Positions 50,792-63,109 of a stretch of 64,000 nucleotides of DNA are shown here, in pieces; the first letter of the stretch is position 1, and every line of letters starts with the position of its first letter. The notes below the pieces were generated by a model that was not told where the DNA came from, ran no database searches, and saw only the letters and a program-made list of their open reading frames with translations. The DNA lies in the NCBI GenBank assembly GCA_049840735.1, contig JASGJN010000002.1, forward strand, positions 64,001 to 128,000, written 5' to 3'. The stretch comes from Anaeromyxobacter sp. Its GTDB lineage: Bacteria; Myxococcota; Myxococcia; Myxococcales; Anaeromyxobacteraceae. The position numbers and the translations under genes were made by a program.

Positions 50792-52204
50792 TCACAGGAT
50801 GTACCGCGACAGGTCCTCGTCCCTGACCACGTCCGCCAGCCGCTCCCGCACGTAGGCCGCGTCCACCACGATGCGCTGGCCGCGCAGCTCGGCCGCGTCG
50901 AAGGAGATGGGGTCGAGCAGCCGCTCCATCACCGTGTGGAGCCGCCGGGCGCCGATGTTCTCCATGCGCTCGTTCACCTCCGCCGCGATCCGGGCCACCT
51001 CCTCCACCGCGTCGTCCCGGATCTGCACGTCCACCCCCTCGGTCGAGAGCAGGGCGACGTACTGGCGCACCAGGCTGCCGCGCGGCTCGCGCAGGATCCG
51101 GACCAGGTCCTCCCGGGTGAGCGGCGTGAGCTCCACGCGGATGGGGAAGCGGCCCTGCAGCTCCGGGATCAGGTCGGAGACCTTGCTGACGTGGAAGGCG
51201 CCGGCCGCGATGAACAGGATGTGGTCGGTCTTCACCATGCCGTACTTGGTGTTGACGTTGGACCCCTCCACGATGGGCAGGAGGTCGCGCTGCACGCCGC
51301 CGCGGGAGACGTCCGGGCCGCGCCCGCCCCCGGCCTCGCCGCCGCCGCCGGCGATCTTGTCGATCTCGTCGATGAAGACGATGCCGGCGTCCTGCGCGCG
51401 CACCAGCGCCTCGCGGACCACGCGCTCCATGTCCACCATCCGGCTGGCCTCCTCCTCGGTGAGGAGCTCCAGCGCCTCCTTGACGGTGACCTTGCGCTTC
51501 CGCTTCTTCTGCCCGCCCCCCAGCATGTTCAGGATGGGGTTGTTGCCCAGGTTCTGCACCATGTCCTGGAGCCCCTGGGCCATGTCCTCCATGCCCGGCC
51601 CCATGAACGGCATGACCGGGAGCCCCCGCTCCTGCACCTCCACCTCCACCAGGTCGTCGTCCAGCGTGCCGGCCCGCAGCTGCGCCCGGGCCTTCTCGCG
51701 CGAGCCGGCGCCGCTGGCCGGGTGCTCCGGCTCCTCGCCGCGCACCCGCGCCGCCACGCTCCGGAACCCCAGCCCCAGCCCGCCGCCGTGTCCCAGCGCG
51801 TCGAGCACCCGCTCCTCGGCGGCCTCGCGGGCCCGCTCGCGGAGCTTCACCATCTCCTCCTCCTTCACCAGCTTGACCGAGGCCTCCACCAGGTCGCGGA
51901 TCATGGCGTCCACGTCCCGGCCGACGTAGCCCACCTCGGTGAACTTGGAGGCCTCCACCTTCACGAACGGCGCGCCCGCCAGCTTCGCGAGGCGGCGCGC
52001 GATCTCGGTCTTCCCCACGCCGGTGGGGCCGATGAGGATGATGTTCTTGGGGAGCACCTCGTCGCGCAGCTCCGGCGCGACGCGCTGCCGCCGCCAGCGG
52101 TTGCGGAGCGCGATGGCGACGGCCCGCTTCGCCGCGCCCTGCCCGACCACGTACCGGTCCAGCTCGGCCACGATCTCGCGCGGCGTCAGCTCCTGGGCCT
52201 TCAC
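50792..52204 (-). CDS. hslU: ATP-dependent protease ATPase subunit
   Basis: [56 protein letters not shown]. Confidence 0.97.
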   Translation of the reverse strand: MKAQELTPREIVAELDRYVVGQGAAKRAVAIALRNRWRRQRVAPELRDEVLPKNIILIGPTGVGKTEIARRLAKLAGAPFVKVEASKFTEVGYVGRDVDAMIRDLVEASVKLVKEEEMVKLRERAREAAEERVLDALGHGGGLGLGFRSVAARVRGEEPEHPASGAGSREKARAQLRAGTLDDDLVEVEVQERGLPVMPFMGPGMEDMAQGLQDMVQNLGNNPILNMLGGGQKKRKRKVTVKEALELLTEEEASRMVDMERVVREALVRAQDAGIVFIDEIDKIAGGGGEAGGGRGPDVSRGGVQRDLLPIVEGSNVNTKYGMVKTDHILFIAAGAFHVSKVSDLIPELQGRFPIRVELTPLTREDLVRILREPRGSLVRQYVALLSTEGVDVQIRDDAVEEVARIAAEVNERMENIGARRLHTVMERLLDPISFDAAELRGQRIVVDAAYVRERLADVVRDEDLSRYIL

Positions 52205-52752
52205 GACAGCTCCTCCACCGTCAGGTTCGCGTTGGTGTAGATGCAGATCCCGGCGGCCAGCTTCATGGCCTCCTCGGCCAGGGCCCGGGCGTCGAGCGTC
52301 GAGTGCGCCAGCAAGGCGCGGGCGGCCGCCAGCGCGTAGGGGCCGCCGGAGCCGATGGCCACCACCGCGCCGCCGGGCACCGCGTCCGGCTCGATGACGT
52401 CGCCGGCGCCGGAGAGCACCAGCACGTGCTCCCGGTCGGCCACCACCAGCAGCGCCTCCAGCCGGCGCAGCAGCCGGTCGGTCCGCCACTGCTTGGCCAG
52501 CTCGACCGCGGCCCGCGGCAGCGAGCGGGCGTGCTCCTTGAGCTTCTTCTCGAACAGCTCGAAGAGCTGGAAGGCGTCGGCGGTGGCGCCGGCGAACCCC
52601 GCCAGCACCTGCCCCTCGGCCAGCCGCCGCACCTTGCGGGCCGTGGCCTTCATGACGGTCTTGTCGAGCGTGACCTGGCCGTCGCTGGCCATCACCGTCC
52701 GCCCCTCGCGGCGGACGCAGAGGACGGTGGTTCCATGGAGCGCTTGCATCAT
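52201..52752 (-). CDS. hslV: ATP-dependent protease peptidase subunit
   Basis: HGTTVL (catalytic Thr), [25 protein letters not shown]. Confidence 0.97.
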   Translation of the reverse strand: MMQALHGTTVLCVRREGRTVMASDGQVTLDKTVMKATARKVRRLAEGQVLAGFAGATADAFQLFELFEKKLKEHARSLPRAAVELAKQWRTDRLLRRLEALLVVADREHVLVLSGAGDVIEPDAVPGGAVVAIGSGGPYALAAARALLAHSTLDARALAEEAMKLAAGICIYTNANLTVEELS

Positions 52753-52818
52753 TTACGCGTAGCGCGCCCGCCCTGCGGGAGCAACGGCCTTCGCTGGTTC
52801 ACCCCGCCCGCCTGCGCC

Positions 52819-53922
52819 CTACCGGTCCTTCCGGGCCTCGCAGGCCCGCAGGAGGCGTCGGGCCTCGGCCAGCAGCGCCCGCTCCCCGCGGGCGCCCTGC
52901 ACCGCCTGGCGTAGCCCCTGGAGCCCTGCCTGCGTGCTCGAGACCTCCGGGACCGGGAACGCCCGCGCCGCCGCCGCGAGCCGGGCCTCGGCGGCGCCTG
53001 CTCCGCCCAGCACGGCCGGCTCGAGCCCCTCGAACCAGGCATCGCCCGAGGCGTCGGGCCCGGCCCGGAGCGCGGCGAGCTCGACGGCGGCGTCCGCCGC
53101 CTGGTCGGCCACCGGTCCGGGGATCCGCCCCTGGGCCGCGGCCAGCGCGACCGCGCCCGGCACGAGGCTGGCCTGCCGCTGCAGCAGCTCGAGCTGGGCG
53201 CGCGCCGGCGGCACCCTGCGATCGAGCGCCTCCTCGAGCCGCTCCACCTGCCGGCGCTCCGGCTCGCACCGCCCGGGCGCCCGCCGCAGGTCCCAGGCCA
53301 GGCGGGTGTTCCCCTCGGCGGCCTGGCCGGCCAGGCGGTCCGGCCGCGCCGGATCCTGCTGGCCGGCGCCGGTCACCGTGCGGGCGGCGCCTTCCCACTC
53401 GCCGGCGGCGCTGGTCCGCGCCGGGGCGACCGTGCGGCAGCCGCCGCTGGTGCTGCTCTCGGAGGCGATCTCGGTCCGGCCGCGCGCAGCGGGCAGCGCG
53501 AGCTCGATGGTGTAGGTCCCGTCGTCGGCGAGGACGATCGAGACCTGGGCCTCCGCCTGCGCCAGCCCGGACATCGCCGTTCGCTCGGTGGTCACGGTGC
53601 GCTGGGTCTGCCAGCGCGGCGGCGCGAGCGCGCGCTCCTCGCAGTTCATCCTCAGCTCGCTGCGGCTCGAGGCGGTGCCGGCCCAGGTCTCCTCGACCTG
53701 CGCCGTGGCCTCGCCGCCGGCCTGGAGCATCACCCGGGCGACGAAGCGGACGCGCAGCTCCGACCGCGAGCCGTTCCCCGCGTCGCCGGTCTCGGTGACC
53801 TGCGCATCGGACTCCTCCACCTCGAGGGTCCCCATCCAGCGCTCCGCGGCGGGCGCCGGCGCCGGGCGGAGCAGGAGGACGGCCAGGAGGGCCGGCAGGG
53901 TGCGCGACGCGGTGGGCAGCAC
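52819..53922 (-). CDS. Secreted hypothetical protein
   Basis: Signal peptide; beta-rich N-terminal half, helical C-terminal half, 4 Cys; fills the gap between xerC and hslV. Confidence 0.6.
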   Translation of the reverse strand: MLPTASRTLPALLAVLLLRPAPAPAAERWMGTLEVEESDAQVTETGDAGNGSRSELRVRFVARVMLQAGGEATAQVEETWAGTASSRSELRMNCEERALAPPRWQTQRTVTTERTAMSGLAQAEAQVSIVLADDGTYTIELALPAARGRTEIASESSTSGGCRTVAPARTSAAGEWEGAARTVTGAGQQDPARPDRLAGQAAEGNTRLAWDLRRAPGRCEPERRQVERLEEALDRRVPPARAQLELLQRQASLVPGAVALAAAQGRIPGPVADQAADAAVELAALRAGPDASGDAWFEGLEPAVLGGAGAAEARLAAAARAFPVPEVSSTQAGLQGLRQAVQGARGERALLAEARRLLRACEARKDR

Positions 53923-53943
53923 GGGGGCTCCGGGCGGGATCCG

Positions 53944-54870
53944 CTAGGCCTTCCGCGCCCGCGGATGGGCCTGGTCGTAGACGGTGGCCAGCCGCTTCCA
54001 GTCGAGGTGGGTGTACCGCTGCGTGGTGGAGAGCGAGGCGTGGCCCAGCAGCTCCTGGATGCCGCGCAGGTCGGCGCCGTTGCCCAGCAGGTGGGTGGCG
54101 AAGCAGTGGCGGAGCACGTGCGGGTGGACGTGGCGCGGGAGGCCGGCCTCCAGCACCCAGCGGTCGAGCAGGCGCGCCACCGAGCGGCTGGTGAGGCGTC
54201 CGCCGCGGTGGTTCAGGAACAGCGCCGCGCCGGCCCGGGCGCGCTCGGGCCCGGCCGCCAGCACCACCCGCCCCTCGTCGAGGTACCGGCGCAGCGCCTC
54301 GGCGGCGGGCCGGCCGAAGGGGACGATCCGCTCCTTGCGCCGCTTGCCCAGCACCCGCACCAGCCCGCCGGACAGGTCCAGGTCCTCCCGGTCCAGGCCG
54401 GTCAGCTCGGAGACGCGGAGGCCGCTGCCGTAGAGCAGCTCCAGGAAGGCGCGATCGCGCAGGCGGAGCGGCTGCGAGAGCGGCCCGGGCGCCTCCACCA
54501 GCGCCGCCACCTCGGCCTCGGGCAGCACCTCCGGCAGCCGCTTGGGGCGGCGCGGCGAGGCCACCCCGCGGGCCGGGTTCCCGGCCGCCAGCCCCTCGCG
54601 GACCAGGAAGCTGTAGAGCGAGCGGATGGCCGAGAGCTTCCGGCCCAGGCTCACCGCCCCCGCCTCGCCGGCCGCCCGGGCCAGGTAGGCGCGGATCAGC
54701 GCGGTCGAGGACGGGATGACGCCCTGCCCGACCGAGGCCAGGTAGCCGGCGTACTGCGCGAGGTCGATCCGGTAGGCCTTGAGCGTGTGGGGCGAGGCCC
54801 GGCGCTCGGTGGCCAGGTAGCGGTCGAACCGCTGGATCTCCGGGGGCAGCGCGGCGACGTCGATGGCCAC
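53944..54870 (-). CDS. xerC: Tyrosine recombinase XerC
   Basis: LYGSGLRVSEL, GK..KER, HPHVLRHCFATHLL, QELLGHASLSTTQRYTH; trmFO-xerC-hslVU context. Confidence 0.92.
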   Translation of the reverse strand: MAIDVAALPPEIQRFDRYLATERRASPHTLKAYRIDLAQYAGYLASVGQGVIPSSTALIRAYLARAAGEAGAVSLGRKLSAIRSLYSFLVREGLAAGNPARGVASPRRPKRLPEVLPEAEVAALVEAPGPLSQPLRLRDRAFLELLYGSGLRVSELTGLDREDLDLSGGLVRVLGKRRKERIVPFGRPAAEALRRYLDEGRVVLAAGPERARAGAALFLNHRGGRLTSRSVARLLDRWVLEAGLPRHVHPHVLRHCFATHLLGNGADLRGIQELLGHASLSTTQRYTHLDWKRLATVYDQAHPRARKA

Positions 54871-54938
54871 GGCCCAAGCCTACCCCGGGGCGCGGGCGGC
54901 GCCGAGTTTTGCAGCGCCGTCCGCCCTTCCGGCCGCGC

Positions 54939-57389
54939 CTACTCCCGGCTCCGCGGCGGCAGGATCGCGTCCGGCCCCAGCGCGTGGGCCACGTCCACCG
55001 CCTGCTCGGCGCCCGGCCCGTGGCAGACCTGGCAGGTCTCCACCGGCCCCTCCGGCGAGGCCCAGGTGTTGAGCGCGGCGTGACCGGCCTCGGCGGCGGA
55101 GTCGTGGCAGCCCAGGCAGCTCGCGGTGGAGGGCGCCTGCCAGGCCACGTTGCGGCAGGTGCCGGCCTGGCAGGCCTGGCCCACGCTGCAGGCCGAGTCG
55201 TCGTTGCAGCTGCCGCCCTCGTCGGCGTGGCAGGACCTGCAGTTGCGCAGGTCCACCGGCAGCAGCGTCTCGGAGAAGGACAGGTAGAGGTTGCTGAAGC
55301 CCACCAGCCCGTAGAGGCCCGGCTCCACCCGGTTGTTCCGCTCCGCGTAGCCATCCAGCGTCCGCGCGGCGTGGAGCCGGTGGGCCAGCTCCCCCAGCGC
55401 GATGCTGGCGCCCGGGGTCGGGTCCTCCGTCATGATGCAGCGGGAGGCCTGGCAGGTCTCCCAGCCGCCGGCGTAGCCGAGGCAGTCCGACGGCTCCGCG
55501 CAGGACTGGCCGGCCGAGCCCACCGCCCGGTCGAGCGCGCCGGCGGTGTGGCAGGTGACGCACCCCTCCACCGGACGGCGCGAGCCGCCGTGGGCCTGCA
55601 GCTGGCCGTGGCAGGCGTTGCACGCGTCGTCGGTGACCACGCGGCGGTGCCGGGCCATGGTCCCCGCTCCGAACCTCACCGGCACGACGGCGCTGGCGAC
55701 GTTGCGCCGGTTGGTGCTGCCCGTGAGCACGGACCTGTGGACGTAGGCATAGACCAGGTAGCTGCCGGGCAGCGCGACGCCGGTCGGCTGGTCGCTGTTG
55801 AGCGGCGCCAGCGTGGCGGACGGCCAGGGCGGGCCGGCCAGCGCGTAGCGCTGCGAGGCCGCGTCGTAGGTGAGGCCGGCCTTGCTGGTGATGACGAAGA
55901 GCCGCTGGGGCGCCTCCGCAGGGCCGGCCACGAGGTAGGTCAGGGAGTAGGTGGGGTTGGTCCTCACGTCGGTGACGGGCGCGCCGGCGTCGGTCAGGCC
56001 GAACGCCAGGGTGGGGACGTCGCCCAGCTGGAACTCGCCCCCCGAGCCGCTGGCGCCGCTGACGGTCACGCCGGTCAGGGCCAGGCTCTGCGCGACGGAC
56101 GGCTGGGTGTGGCGGGCCGTGACCGGGGAGAGCGAGCCCTCTCCGCCGTGGCAGACCGCGCACTGGCTGTCATCCGCCTGGTCGGGGTGGGAGGTGCGCT
56201 GGCAGCTGCCGGTGCCGGTGTTGCAGGTCAGGAGCGCGCCGAGGCTGGCGCAGTCGGCGTCCACGGCGCAGGCCACGCCGGCCGGGCGGCCGAGGTCATG
56301 CGGCGGGTCGATCACGCCGGTCGCGAAGGAGACGTTGTCGTGGCAGGTGCCGCAGGCCAGGCGCGAGGGGCGCTCGGCCCAGCGCTGGTCGGCGTGGCAG
56401 GCGGCGCAGTCCTTCTCGCCGTCGGGCATGGAGGGGAAGACCACGTCCACGTAGTCCATCAGCGAGTGGTCGCTCCCCAGCCCGTACTCGGCGTGCGCCG
56501 CGCCCGGCGCGGTCAGGTGCCCGCCGCGGTGGATGCCATGGACCTTCCGCACGGCGGGCTGGGGCGAGTAGCCCTCCAGGTTGTGGCAGAGCTGGCAGCT
56601 CCCCGAGGGCGCCGCGTCCAGCGAGGGGAGCCCGGCCGGCGCGTAGCTGCTGGAGCGCGCGTGGGCCATCTGCATCCGCCCGGAGGTGGCGCCCAGGTGG
56701 CAGGCCGCGCAGGTGGAGCCGTCCACCGGACCGGACGCGTAGGACTCGACCGTGGCCGTGCCGATCTGCACGTCCACCAGCTCCAGCTGGTCCTTCCACT
56801 GGGCGGAGTGGAGCCGCAGGCCGGCGGTGTAGGTGCCAGGCGCCTCGTCGGAGATGGGCGCCAGCGTGTACTGGAGCGAGCCGTCCGGGAGGGTGACCAG
56901 GTTCTCCTGCGCTGGCTCGGCGTAGGTCGGCGCCTTCAGGTCGATGTGGTGCTGGAAGGGACCGGACACCGCGTTGAGCAGGCGGGTGGCGCTGCGGGTC
57001 TGCAGCGTCGCGCGCGGCCCGGCCATGAGCAGCTCGGCCGTGGAGAAGCGGTCCAGCCCCACCGCCCGGCCGCAGCCGTCATGGAGGGAGATGGTGAGCA
57101 CCACCCGATTGCCGGCGCCGAAGAATCCGGCCGCGGGCGCGGCGGCGGCAGCGAACGTCACGTGGAGCGAGGCGTCGGCCGCGTCGGGCCAGTCACAGCC
57201 CGCCGGCCCGGTCGGGCCCGTCGGACCGGTCGGACCGGTCGGCCCCGTCGGACCGGTCGGCCCCGTGGGCCCGGTCGAGCCCGTCGGGCCGGTGGGCCCG
57301 GTTGCACCCTGCGCGCCCTCCGAGCCGCTGCAGGCGGTGAGCAGCACGAACCCCAGGACGATGCCGGCGAGGAGGTGCAGGTGGCGCAT
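54939..57389 (-). CDS. Decaheme OmcA/MtrC-type c-cytochrome lipoprotein
   Basis: Lipobox LTAC; ten CxxCH motifs in two groups of five, each preceded by a beta-rich domain; collagen-like repeat after the signal peptide. Confidence 0.85.
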   Translation of the reverse strand: MRHLHLLAGIVLGFVLLTACSGSEGAQGATGPTGPTGSTGPTGPTGPTGPTGPTGPTGPTGPAGCDWPDAADASLHVTFAAAAAPAAGFFGAGNRVVLTISLHDGCGRAVGLDRFSTAELLMAGPRATLQTRSATRLLNAVSGPFQHHIDLKAPTYAEPAQENLVTLPDGSLQYTLAPISDEAPGTYTAGLRLHSAQWKDQLELVDVQIGTATVESYASGPVDGSTCAACHLGATSGRMQMAHARSSSYAPAGLPSLDAAPSGSCQLCHNLEGYSPQPAVRKVHGIHRGGHLTAPGAAHAEYGLGSDHSLMDYVDVVFPSMPDGEKDCAACHADQRWAERPSRLACGTCHDNVSFATGVIDPPHDLGRPAGVACAVDADCASLGALLTCNTGTGSCQRTSHPDQADDSQCAVCHGGEGSLSPVTARHTQPSVAQSLALTGVTVSGASGSGGEFQLGDVPTLAFGLTDAGAPVTDVRTNPTYSLTYLVAGPAEAPQRLFVITSKAGLTYDAASQRYALAGPPWPSATLAPLNSDQPTGVALPGSYLVYAYVHRSVLTGSTNRRNVASAVVPVRFGAGTMARHRRVVTDDACNACHGQLQAHGGSRRPVEGCVTCHTAGALDRAVGSAGQSCAEPSDCLGYAGGWETCQASRCIMTEDPTPGASIALGELAHRLHAARTLDGYAERNNRVEPGLYGLVGFSNLYLSFSETLLPVDLRNCRSCHADEGGSCNDDSACSVGQACQAGTCRNVAWQAPSTASCLGCHDSAAEAGHAALNTWASPEGPVETCQVCHGPGAEQAVDVAHALGPDAILPPRSRE
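57198..57326 (-). repeat. Collagen-like (Gly-Pro-Thr)n coding repeat
   Basis: About 14 G-X-Y triplets, mostly GPT. Confidence 0.9.
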
Positions 57390-57520
57390 GGCCGAGGATG
57401 CTAGCACCTGCTACGAGGTGACCAGACCGAGGGTTGCTGTCCGGGAGGAGCGACCCACCGCAAAGGCGCAGGGCGCCTGATCGCGATTAATGGTCGTCCG
57501 GGTCGAGGCCACCTGGGCCT

Positions 57521-59065
57521 CTACGGCACCTCCGCCACGTAGACGCCCTCACGCCCCTTCTCGGCGACCGCGTAGGCCAGCCGGCGCGCGTCGGGCGGGA
57601 GCAGGCGGGCCGTGCCCGGCACGACGCCGCCGTCCACGCGGGTGAGCCGGCCGGCCTCCCAGACGCCCACCTCGAGCAGCCCGTCGCCGCGGGCCCAGGT
57701 GAGGAGCAGCCGCTCCGGCCGGGCGGCGGCGAACTCGAAGGAGCGGGCCGCCTCGGCGATGGCCTCGGGCTTCTGGCCCTCCACCGGGCCGGCGGCCGGG
57801 ATCCGCTCCAGGTCGCAGGCCTCGGCGTTCCCGCCGCTGCAGCGGGTCCGGTAGTAGAGCCAGCGACCGTCGGGCGAGAAGGCGAAGCCGAACACGTCCG
57901 GCGCCACCGCGCGCGCCGCCGCGCCAGGCGCCGCGTCCAGCAGCGCCACCGCCAGGTCCACCGAGTAGCCGCCGCGCGTGGAGTGCTGCAGGAAGGCGAT
58001 GGCCTTGCCGTCGGGCGAGATCTCCGCGTCGGAGACCCGCTCGCCGAAGGTGCGCGGCGCGATCCCGGGGCCGCCGGCGCCCACCGCGCCGGAGCGGACC
58101 CGCGCGTCGTAGCGCTCCAGCCAGACCAGCCGCGGGGCCGCGGCCGCCCAGTGGTATTCGCCCACCGCCTTGCCGAGCAGCGTCACCGGCCCGCCGGGCG
58201 CGGCGAGGCGCAGGTCGCCCTGGTGCCCGGGCGTGGTCCCGGCCACGAACGCCAGCGCCGGGCCGGCCGGCTCGAAGGCGAAGCTGCTCACCGCCCTGGC
58301 CAGCGCCTGCGGGCGCGCGCCGGCGCGGGCGTCGGCCAGCTGCAGCTCGGCGCCCTCCGCGCCGATGCGGGTGAAGGCGTAGCGCTCACCGCCGCGAGAG
58401 AAGCCGTAGTCGCCCACCGCCGGGGCCAGCTTCACCGCCGGGCCGGACGCCGGGACGGCCAGCAGGTCGCCGCCGGAGGTGGAGCGGCGCCGCACCAGCG
58501 CGCGCAGCCCGCCGGGCGTCGTGGCCGGGGCCAGCTCGAAGGTGGAGGCGCCGGTGGTGCCGGGCACCGCCCCCGCCGCGCCGTCCAGGTACAGCTCGCC
58601 GCCGGCGATGTAGCCCAGCGCGCCGTCCCGCCCGAACGCGAAGAAGCCCACCCCCTGCGCCAGCTCGGCCGCCCCACCGCCCGGCGTCCAGCGTACCAGC
58701 GCGCCCTGCGCGGTGGCGTAGTCGTGGCGGGCGAGCACGCCCAGCGTCGCGCCCACCGGGCTCCAGGCCAGGCCACCGGGCAGCGTGGTCACCTGCTGGG
58801 CGACGCGCACCGGCGCCCCGGTACCATCCACCCGGGCCACCTCGAGGTCACAGCTGGCGGTGCCGGGCGGGAGCGAGCGGACGCGGGCGTCCACGCACCC
58901 GTCCAGCCAGGCCAGCCAGGCGCCGTCGGCGGAGACGGCCAGCGCCCGCGCGGTCCCCTCCCCCCGCCGGGCGCCGCCGGACGGGCGCTGCGCGGTGGGC
59001 CGGGAGGTGCACGCCGCGAGCGCGGCCAGGAGGAGCGGGAGGGCGAGGGCTGGGCGTCGGTTCAC
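57521..59065 (-). CDS. Beta-propeller (TolB/WD-like) lipoprotein, AglU-like by position
   Basis: Lipobox LAAC; repeated SPDG/SADG..LA(F/W) blades; immediately downstream of trmFO(gid). Confidence 0.65.
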   Translation of the reverse strand: MNRRPALALPLLLAALAACTSRPTAQRPSGGARRGEGTARALAVSADGAWLAWLDGCVDARVRSLPPGTASCDLEVARVDGTGAPVRVAQQVTTLPGGLAWSPVGATLGVLARHDYATAQGALVRWTPGGGAAELAQGVGFFAFGRDGALGYIAGGELYLDGAAGAVPGTTGASTFELAPATTPGGLRALVRRRSTSGGDLLAVPASGPAVKLAPAVGDYGFSRGGERYAFTRIGAEGAELQLADARAGARPQALARAVSSFAFEPAGPALAFVAGTTPGHQGDLRLAAPGGPVTLLGKAVGEYHWAAAAPRLVWLERYDARVRSGAVGAGGPGIAPRTFGERVSDAEISPDGKAIAFLQHSTRGGYSVDLAVALLDAAPGAAARAVAPDVFGFAFSPDGRWLYYRTRCSGGNAEACDLERIPAAGPVEGQKPEAIAEAARSFEFAAARPERLLLTWARGDGLLEVGVWEAGRLTRVDGGVVPGTARLLPPDARRLAYAVAEKGREGVYVAEVP

Positions 59066-59080
59066 GGTGGCGGGAAGGTA

Positions 59081-60439
<1,359 letters not shown>

Positions 60440-60647
60440 CACGTTGCTCCGTTCCAATCCCCGAGGAGGCTGGCAACCAGCCTGCCGAGGGCTTACCGTT
60501 TCCCTGGATCCCCGAGTCCTGGCCGCCTCGCCCCGGGGTGCGCATGTTCGTCCACGGACGCGCCCAGTCCCGGCGAGGCGGCGGCGGGTGAGGGGATGGC
60601 CGGGGCCGGGCGCGCTCCACTTATCTCCCCCGGGAAAGGAACGCAAC

Positions 60648-61064
60648 GTGAGCGACAGGAACCTGGCAGCGCTGAGGCTGGACCTGCAGCGGCGCCGCCG
60701 CATCATCCTGGAGACCACGGAGCGCACCAGCGCCGAGCTGGAGGCGCTCCGCGCCGCCGAGCGCGATCCCGAGTTCGAGGAGGGCGCGCAGTCGGAGCAC
60801 GAGCAGTACACGCTGTCGCGCCTCACCGACGGGCAGCGGCGGGAGGTGGGCGCCATCGACGCCGCCATCGCCCGCATCGACGCCGGGGACTACGGCGTCT
60901 GCCGCGAGTGCGAGCGCGAGATCGACCCGCGCCGCCTGGCCGCCCTGCCCTACGCGCTGCTCTGCACCGAGTGCGCGCAGCGGGCGGAGCAGGAGCGGAG
61001 CCGCATGGCGCAGGAGCCGCCGAGTCTCTGGAAGCGGGGGCTGCGCCCCGCCCCGCCGTCCTGA
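60648..61064 (+). CDS. TraR/DksA family C4 zinc-finger protein
   Basis: [21 protein letters not shown]...RL.ALP...LCTEC. Confidence 0.9.
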   Translation: MSDRNLAALRLDLQRRRRIILETTERTSAELEALRAAERDPEFEEGAQSEHEQYTLSRLTDGQRREVGAIDAAIARIDAGDYGVCRECEREIDPRRLAALPYALLCTECAQRAEQERSRMAQEPPSLWKRGLRPAPPS

Positions 61065-61124
61065 GCCTGCCGAAGGACGTCGGGGCCCCACCCCTGCTGC
61101 GCGGGGCCCGGGGATGGAGAGCGG

Positions 61125-61169
61125 CCGTTCGCCCTGAGCGTAGCGGCGCGAAGCGCCGCGGAGTCGAAG
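61125..61169 (-). repeat. REP-like palindromic element, copy 3
   Basis: Minus strand CTTCGACTCC-GCGGCGCTTCGCGCCG-CTACGCTCAG-GGC-GAACGG; short relative CCTTCGGCAGGCTCAG at 61061-61076. Confidence 0.7.
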
Positions 61170-61289
61170 GGCGCCCTCCAGCTTCGCTGGGGCCCCTCCC
61201 TGCGTGCCGCACGCGGGGCGCCCGCCCGTTCGCGGCCTTCCCTCCGGCCCGAACCTCGCCCCCCGTCCCACCCGTGGCACCATCCGGCC

Positions 61290-61961
61290 GTGCCCACCCG
61301 CGGCCAGCTCCACGCCCTCCGCGCCCGGCTCCGCGTCCGCCTGCGGGACGGCGACGCGCGCGCCGGGCTGCAGCTGGGGCGCTCGCTGGAGCGCGAGCCG
61401 CCCCGCGACCACGCCAGCGCGCGGCGCGCCTATCAACGCGCCGCAGAGGCCGGCCTGGCCGAGGCGCAGCACGCGCTGGGCGAGCTCTTGCGCGACGGCC
61501 GCGGCGGCCCGCGCGACCTGCGCGGCGCGGTCCGCTGGCTGGAGGCCGCGGCGAAGCAGGGCCACCCGGCGGCCTGCGCGGCGCTGGCCAGCGCCCGCTT
61601 CCACGGCGAGGGGCTCCCGCGCGACCGCGCCGAGGCGGTCCGGCTCTGGCGACGCGCCGCGGCGGCGGGGCTGCCCGACGCCATGCTGGCGCTGGCCACG
61701 TGCCTGCGGCAGGGCCAGGGCGTGGAGCGGGAGCCTGCCGCGGCGCTGCGCTGGGCCCGGCGCGCCGCCACCCGTGGGCACGCGGGCGCGGCGGCGTTCG
61801 TGGGGCTCGCCTACTGGTACGGGGGGTGCGGGGCGCCGCGGGACCGGGCGCGGGCCGCGCCCTGGCTGCTGGCGGCGGCCCGGAAAGGCGACGCCCGCGC
61901 AGCGGAGCTGGCGGGCGTGGCGGGGGCCAAGGCGAAGGCGGCGCCCCGGCGCGGGAGCTAG
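61290..61961 (+). CDS. Sel1-repeat protein
   Basis: Repeated A...LG.....G.G..RD...A..W...AA..G motifs. Confidence 0.85.
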   Translation: MPTRGQLHALRARLRVRLRDGDARAGLQLGRSLEREPPRDHASARRAYQRAAEAGLAEAQHALGELLRDGRGGPRDLRGAVRWLEAAAKQGHPAACAALASARFHGEGLPRDRAEAVRLWRRAAAAGLPDAMLALATCLRQGQGVEREPAAALRWARRAATRGHAGAAAFVGLAYWYGGCGAPRDRARAAPWLLAAARKGDARAAELAGVAGAKAKAAPRRGS

Positions 61962-62542
61962 TCCTTCTTCAGCACCATGAACTTGTACTCGCCCAGCTCG
62001 GCCTGGCCGGCGGTGTACAGGATCTCCATCAGCGTCCGGTAGGAGATCCGCTTGTCGGCCACCACGTTGATGCGGCCGGTGAAGGGCGCGTCCTTGTTGA
62101 ACTGCGCGATCTTCTTCTGCTTGTCCACCTCGCGGACCAGCGCGTCGCGCAGCGGGGCCACCAGGAAGGCGTCGGCCTTGCCGCCCTCCTTCTCGGCGGT
62201 GGGGATGACCCCCGCCTCCAGCTTGACCACCCCGTGGTCGTTCACGGTCAGCTCGTCCATCGAGACCGTGACGGTGATGTTCTCCTGCGGGTGGAGCTGG
62301 GTGCTGGAGATGGGCATCGACAGGTGCTCGCCCATGTTCACGTTGATGGCGGACGCCTGGTACGACTTGAGCAGGAACACCAGGATGATGGTCATCATGT
62401 CCATCATCGCGACGATGTTGAGCTCCTTGATCTCGCCCTCGGCCTCGCGCTGCTTGCGCCGCGCGCGCCGGTAGAGCCTCTGCCGCTTCTCCTCCTGGAG
62501 CTGCTCGGGGGTGGGCCCCGTCCTCTGTGCGGCGCTGGGCAT
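61958..62542 (-). CDS. ExbD/TolR family protein
   Basis: LNIVAMMDMMTIILVFLLKS; ADK.I.Y..L..I..T. Confidence 0.9.
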   Translation of the reverse strand: MPSAAQRTGPTPEQLQEEKRQRLYRRARRKQREAEGEIKELNIVAMMDMMTIILVFLLKSYQASAINVNMGEHLSMPISSTQLHPQENITVTVSMDELTVNDHGVVKLEAGVIPTAEKEGGKADAFLVAPLRDALVREVDKQKKIAQFNKDAPFTGRINVVADKRISYRTLMEILYTAGQAELGEYKFMVLKKD

Positions 62543-62545
62543 GGG

Positions 62546-63085
62546 CTACCCGATCAGCGAGAGGGCCACGTCGAAGAAGAGCTTCTTCCGCTCCGAGGTG
62601 CCGTCCGGCTTCGTGAGGACCTGCTCGCGGCAGGCGTCCATGGTCTGGATCAGGGTGTCGTAGACGACGTCCGGATCGGCGGACAGGATCACCTGCGTCT
62701 CGGCCGGGAACTTCTCCTTCACCTTCGCCAGCTCCTCGGTGAGCGCGGCGTAGTCGTACTTGCCGGCCTTGAGCGGGATGGTGGGCGGGCGCCCGGCGTC
62801 CGGGGTGGCGGCGTCCTCGCCCAGCACGCCGCCGGCGCCGGCCAGGTAGAAGCCCTGCTTCCCGATCGCGACGGTGAGGAGCAGCTTGGGCGTGTTGTTG
62901 TCCACCTGCCCCTGCGTGGCCACCGCCTCGCCGCCGATCTTGGGGGCGGAGACGTTGAGCACGCCCAGGCTGATGAGCCCGGTCATGCTGAGCAGCATGA
63001 ACATCACCAGGTTCACCACCACGTCGAGGTACGGGACGATGTTCAGCTCGCCCGTGTGCTCTTCGTCGCGGATGCGGCGGCGCAT
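62546..63085 (-). CDS. ExbD/TolR family protein
   Basis: ELNIVPYLDVVVNLVMFML; ADPDVVYDTLIQTMD. Confidence 0.9.
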   Translation of the reverse strand: MRRRIRDEEHTGELNIVPYLDVVVNLVMFMLLSMTGLISLGVLNVSAPKIGGEAVATQGQVDNNTPKLLLTVAIGKQGFYLAGAGGVLGEDAATPDAGRPPTIPLKAGKYDYAALTEELAKVKEKFPAETQVILSADPDVVYDTLIQTMDACREQVLTKPDGTSERKKLFFDVALSLIG

Positions 63086-63109
63086 GGCGTCCCCTCGCGC
63101 GCTGGAGCG

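Noticed and set aside
53944..54870. Tyrosine recombinase as an island or phage integrase
   Set aside because: Size, motifs and the trmFO/hslVU context indicate housekeeping XerC.
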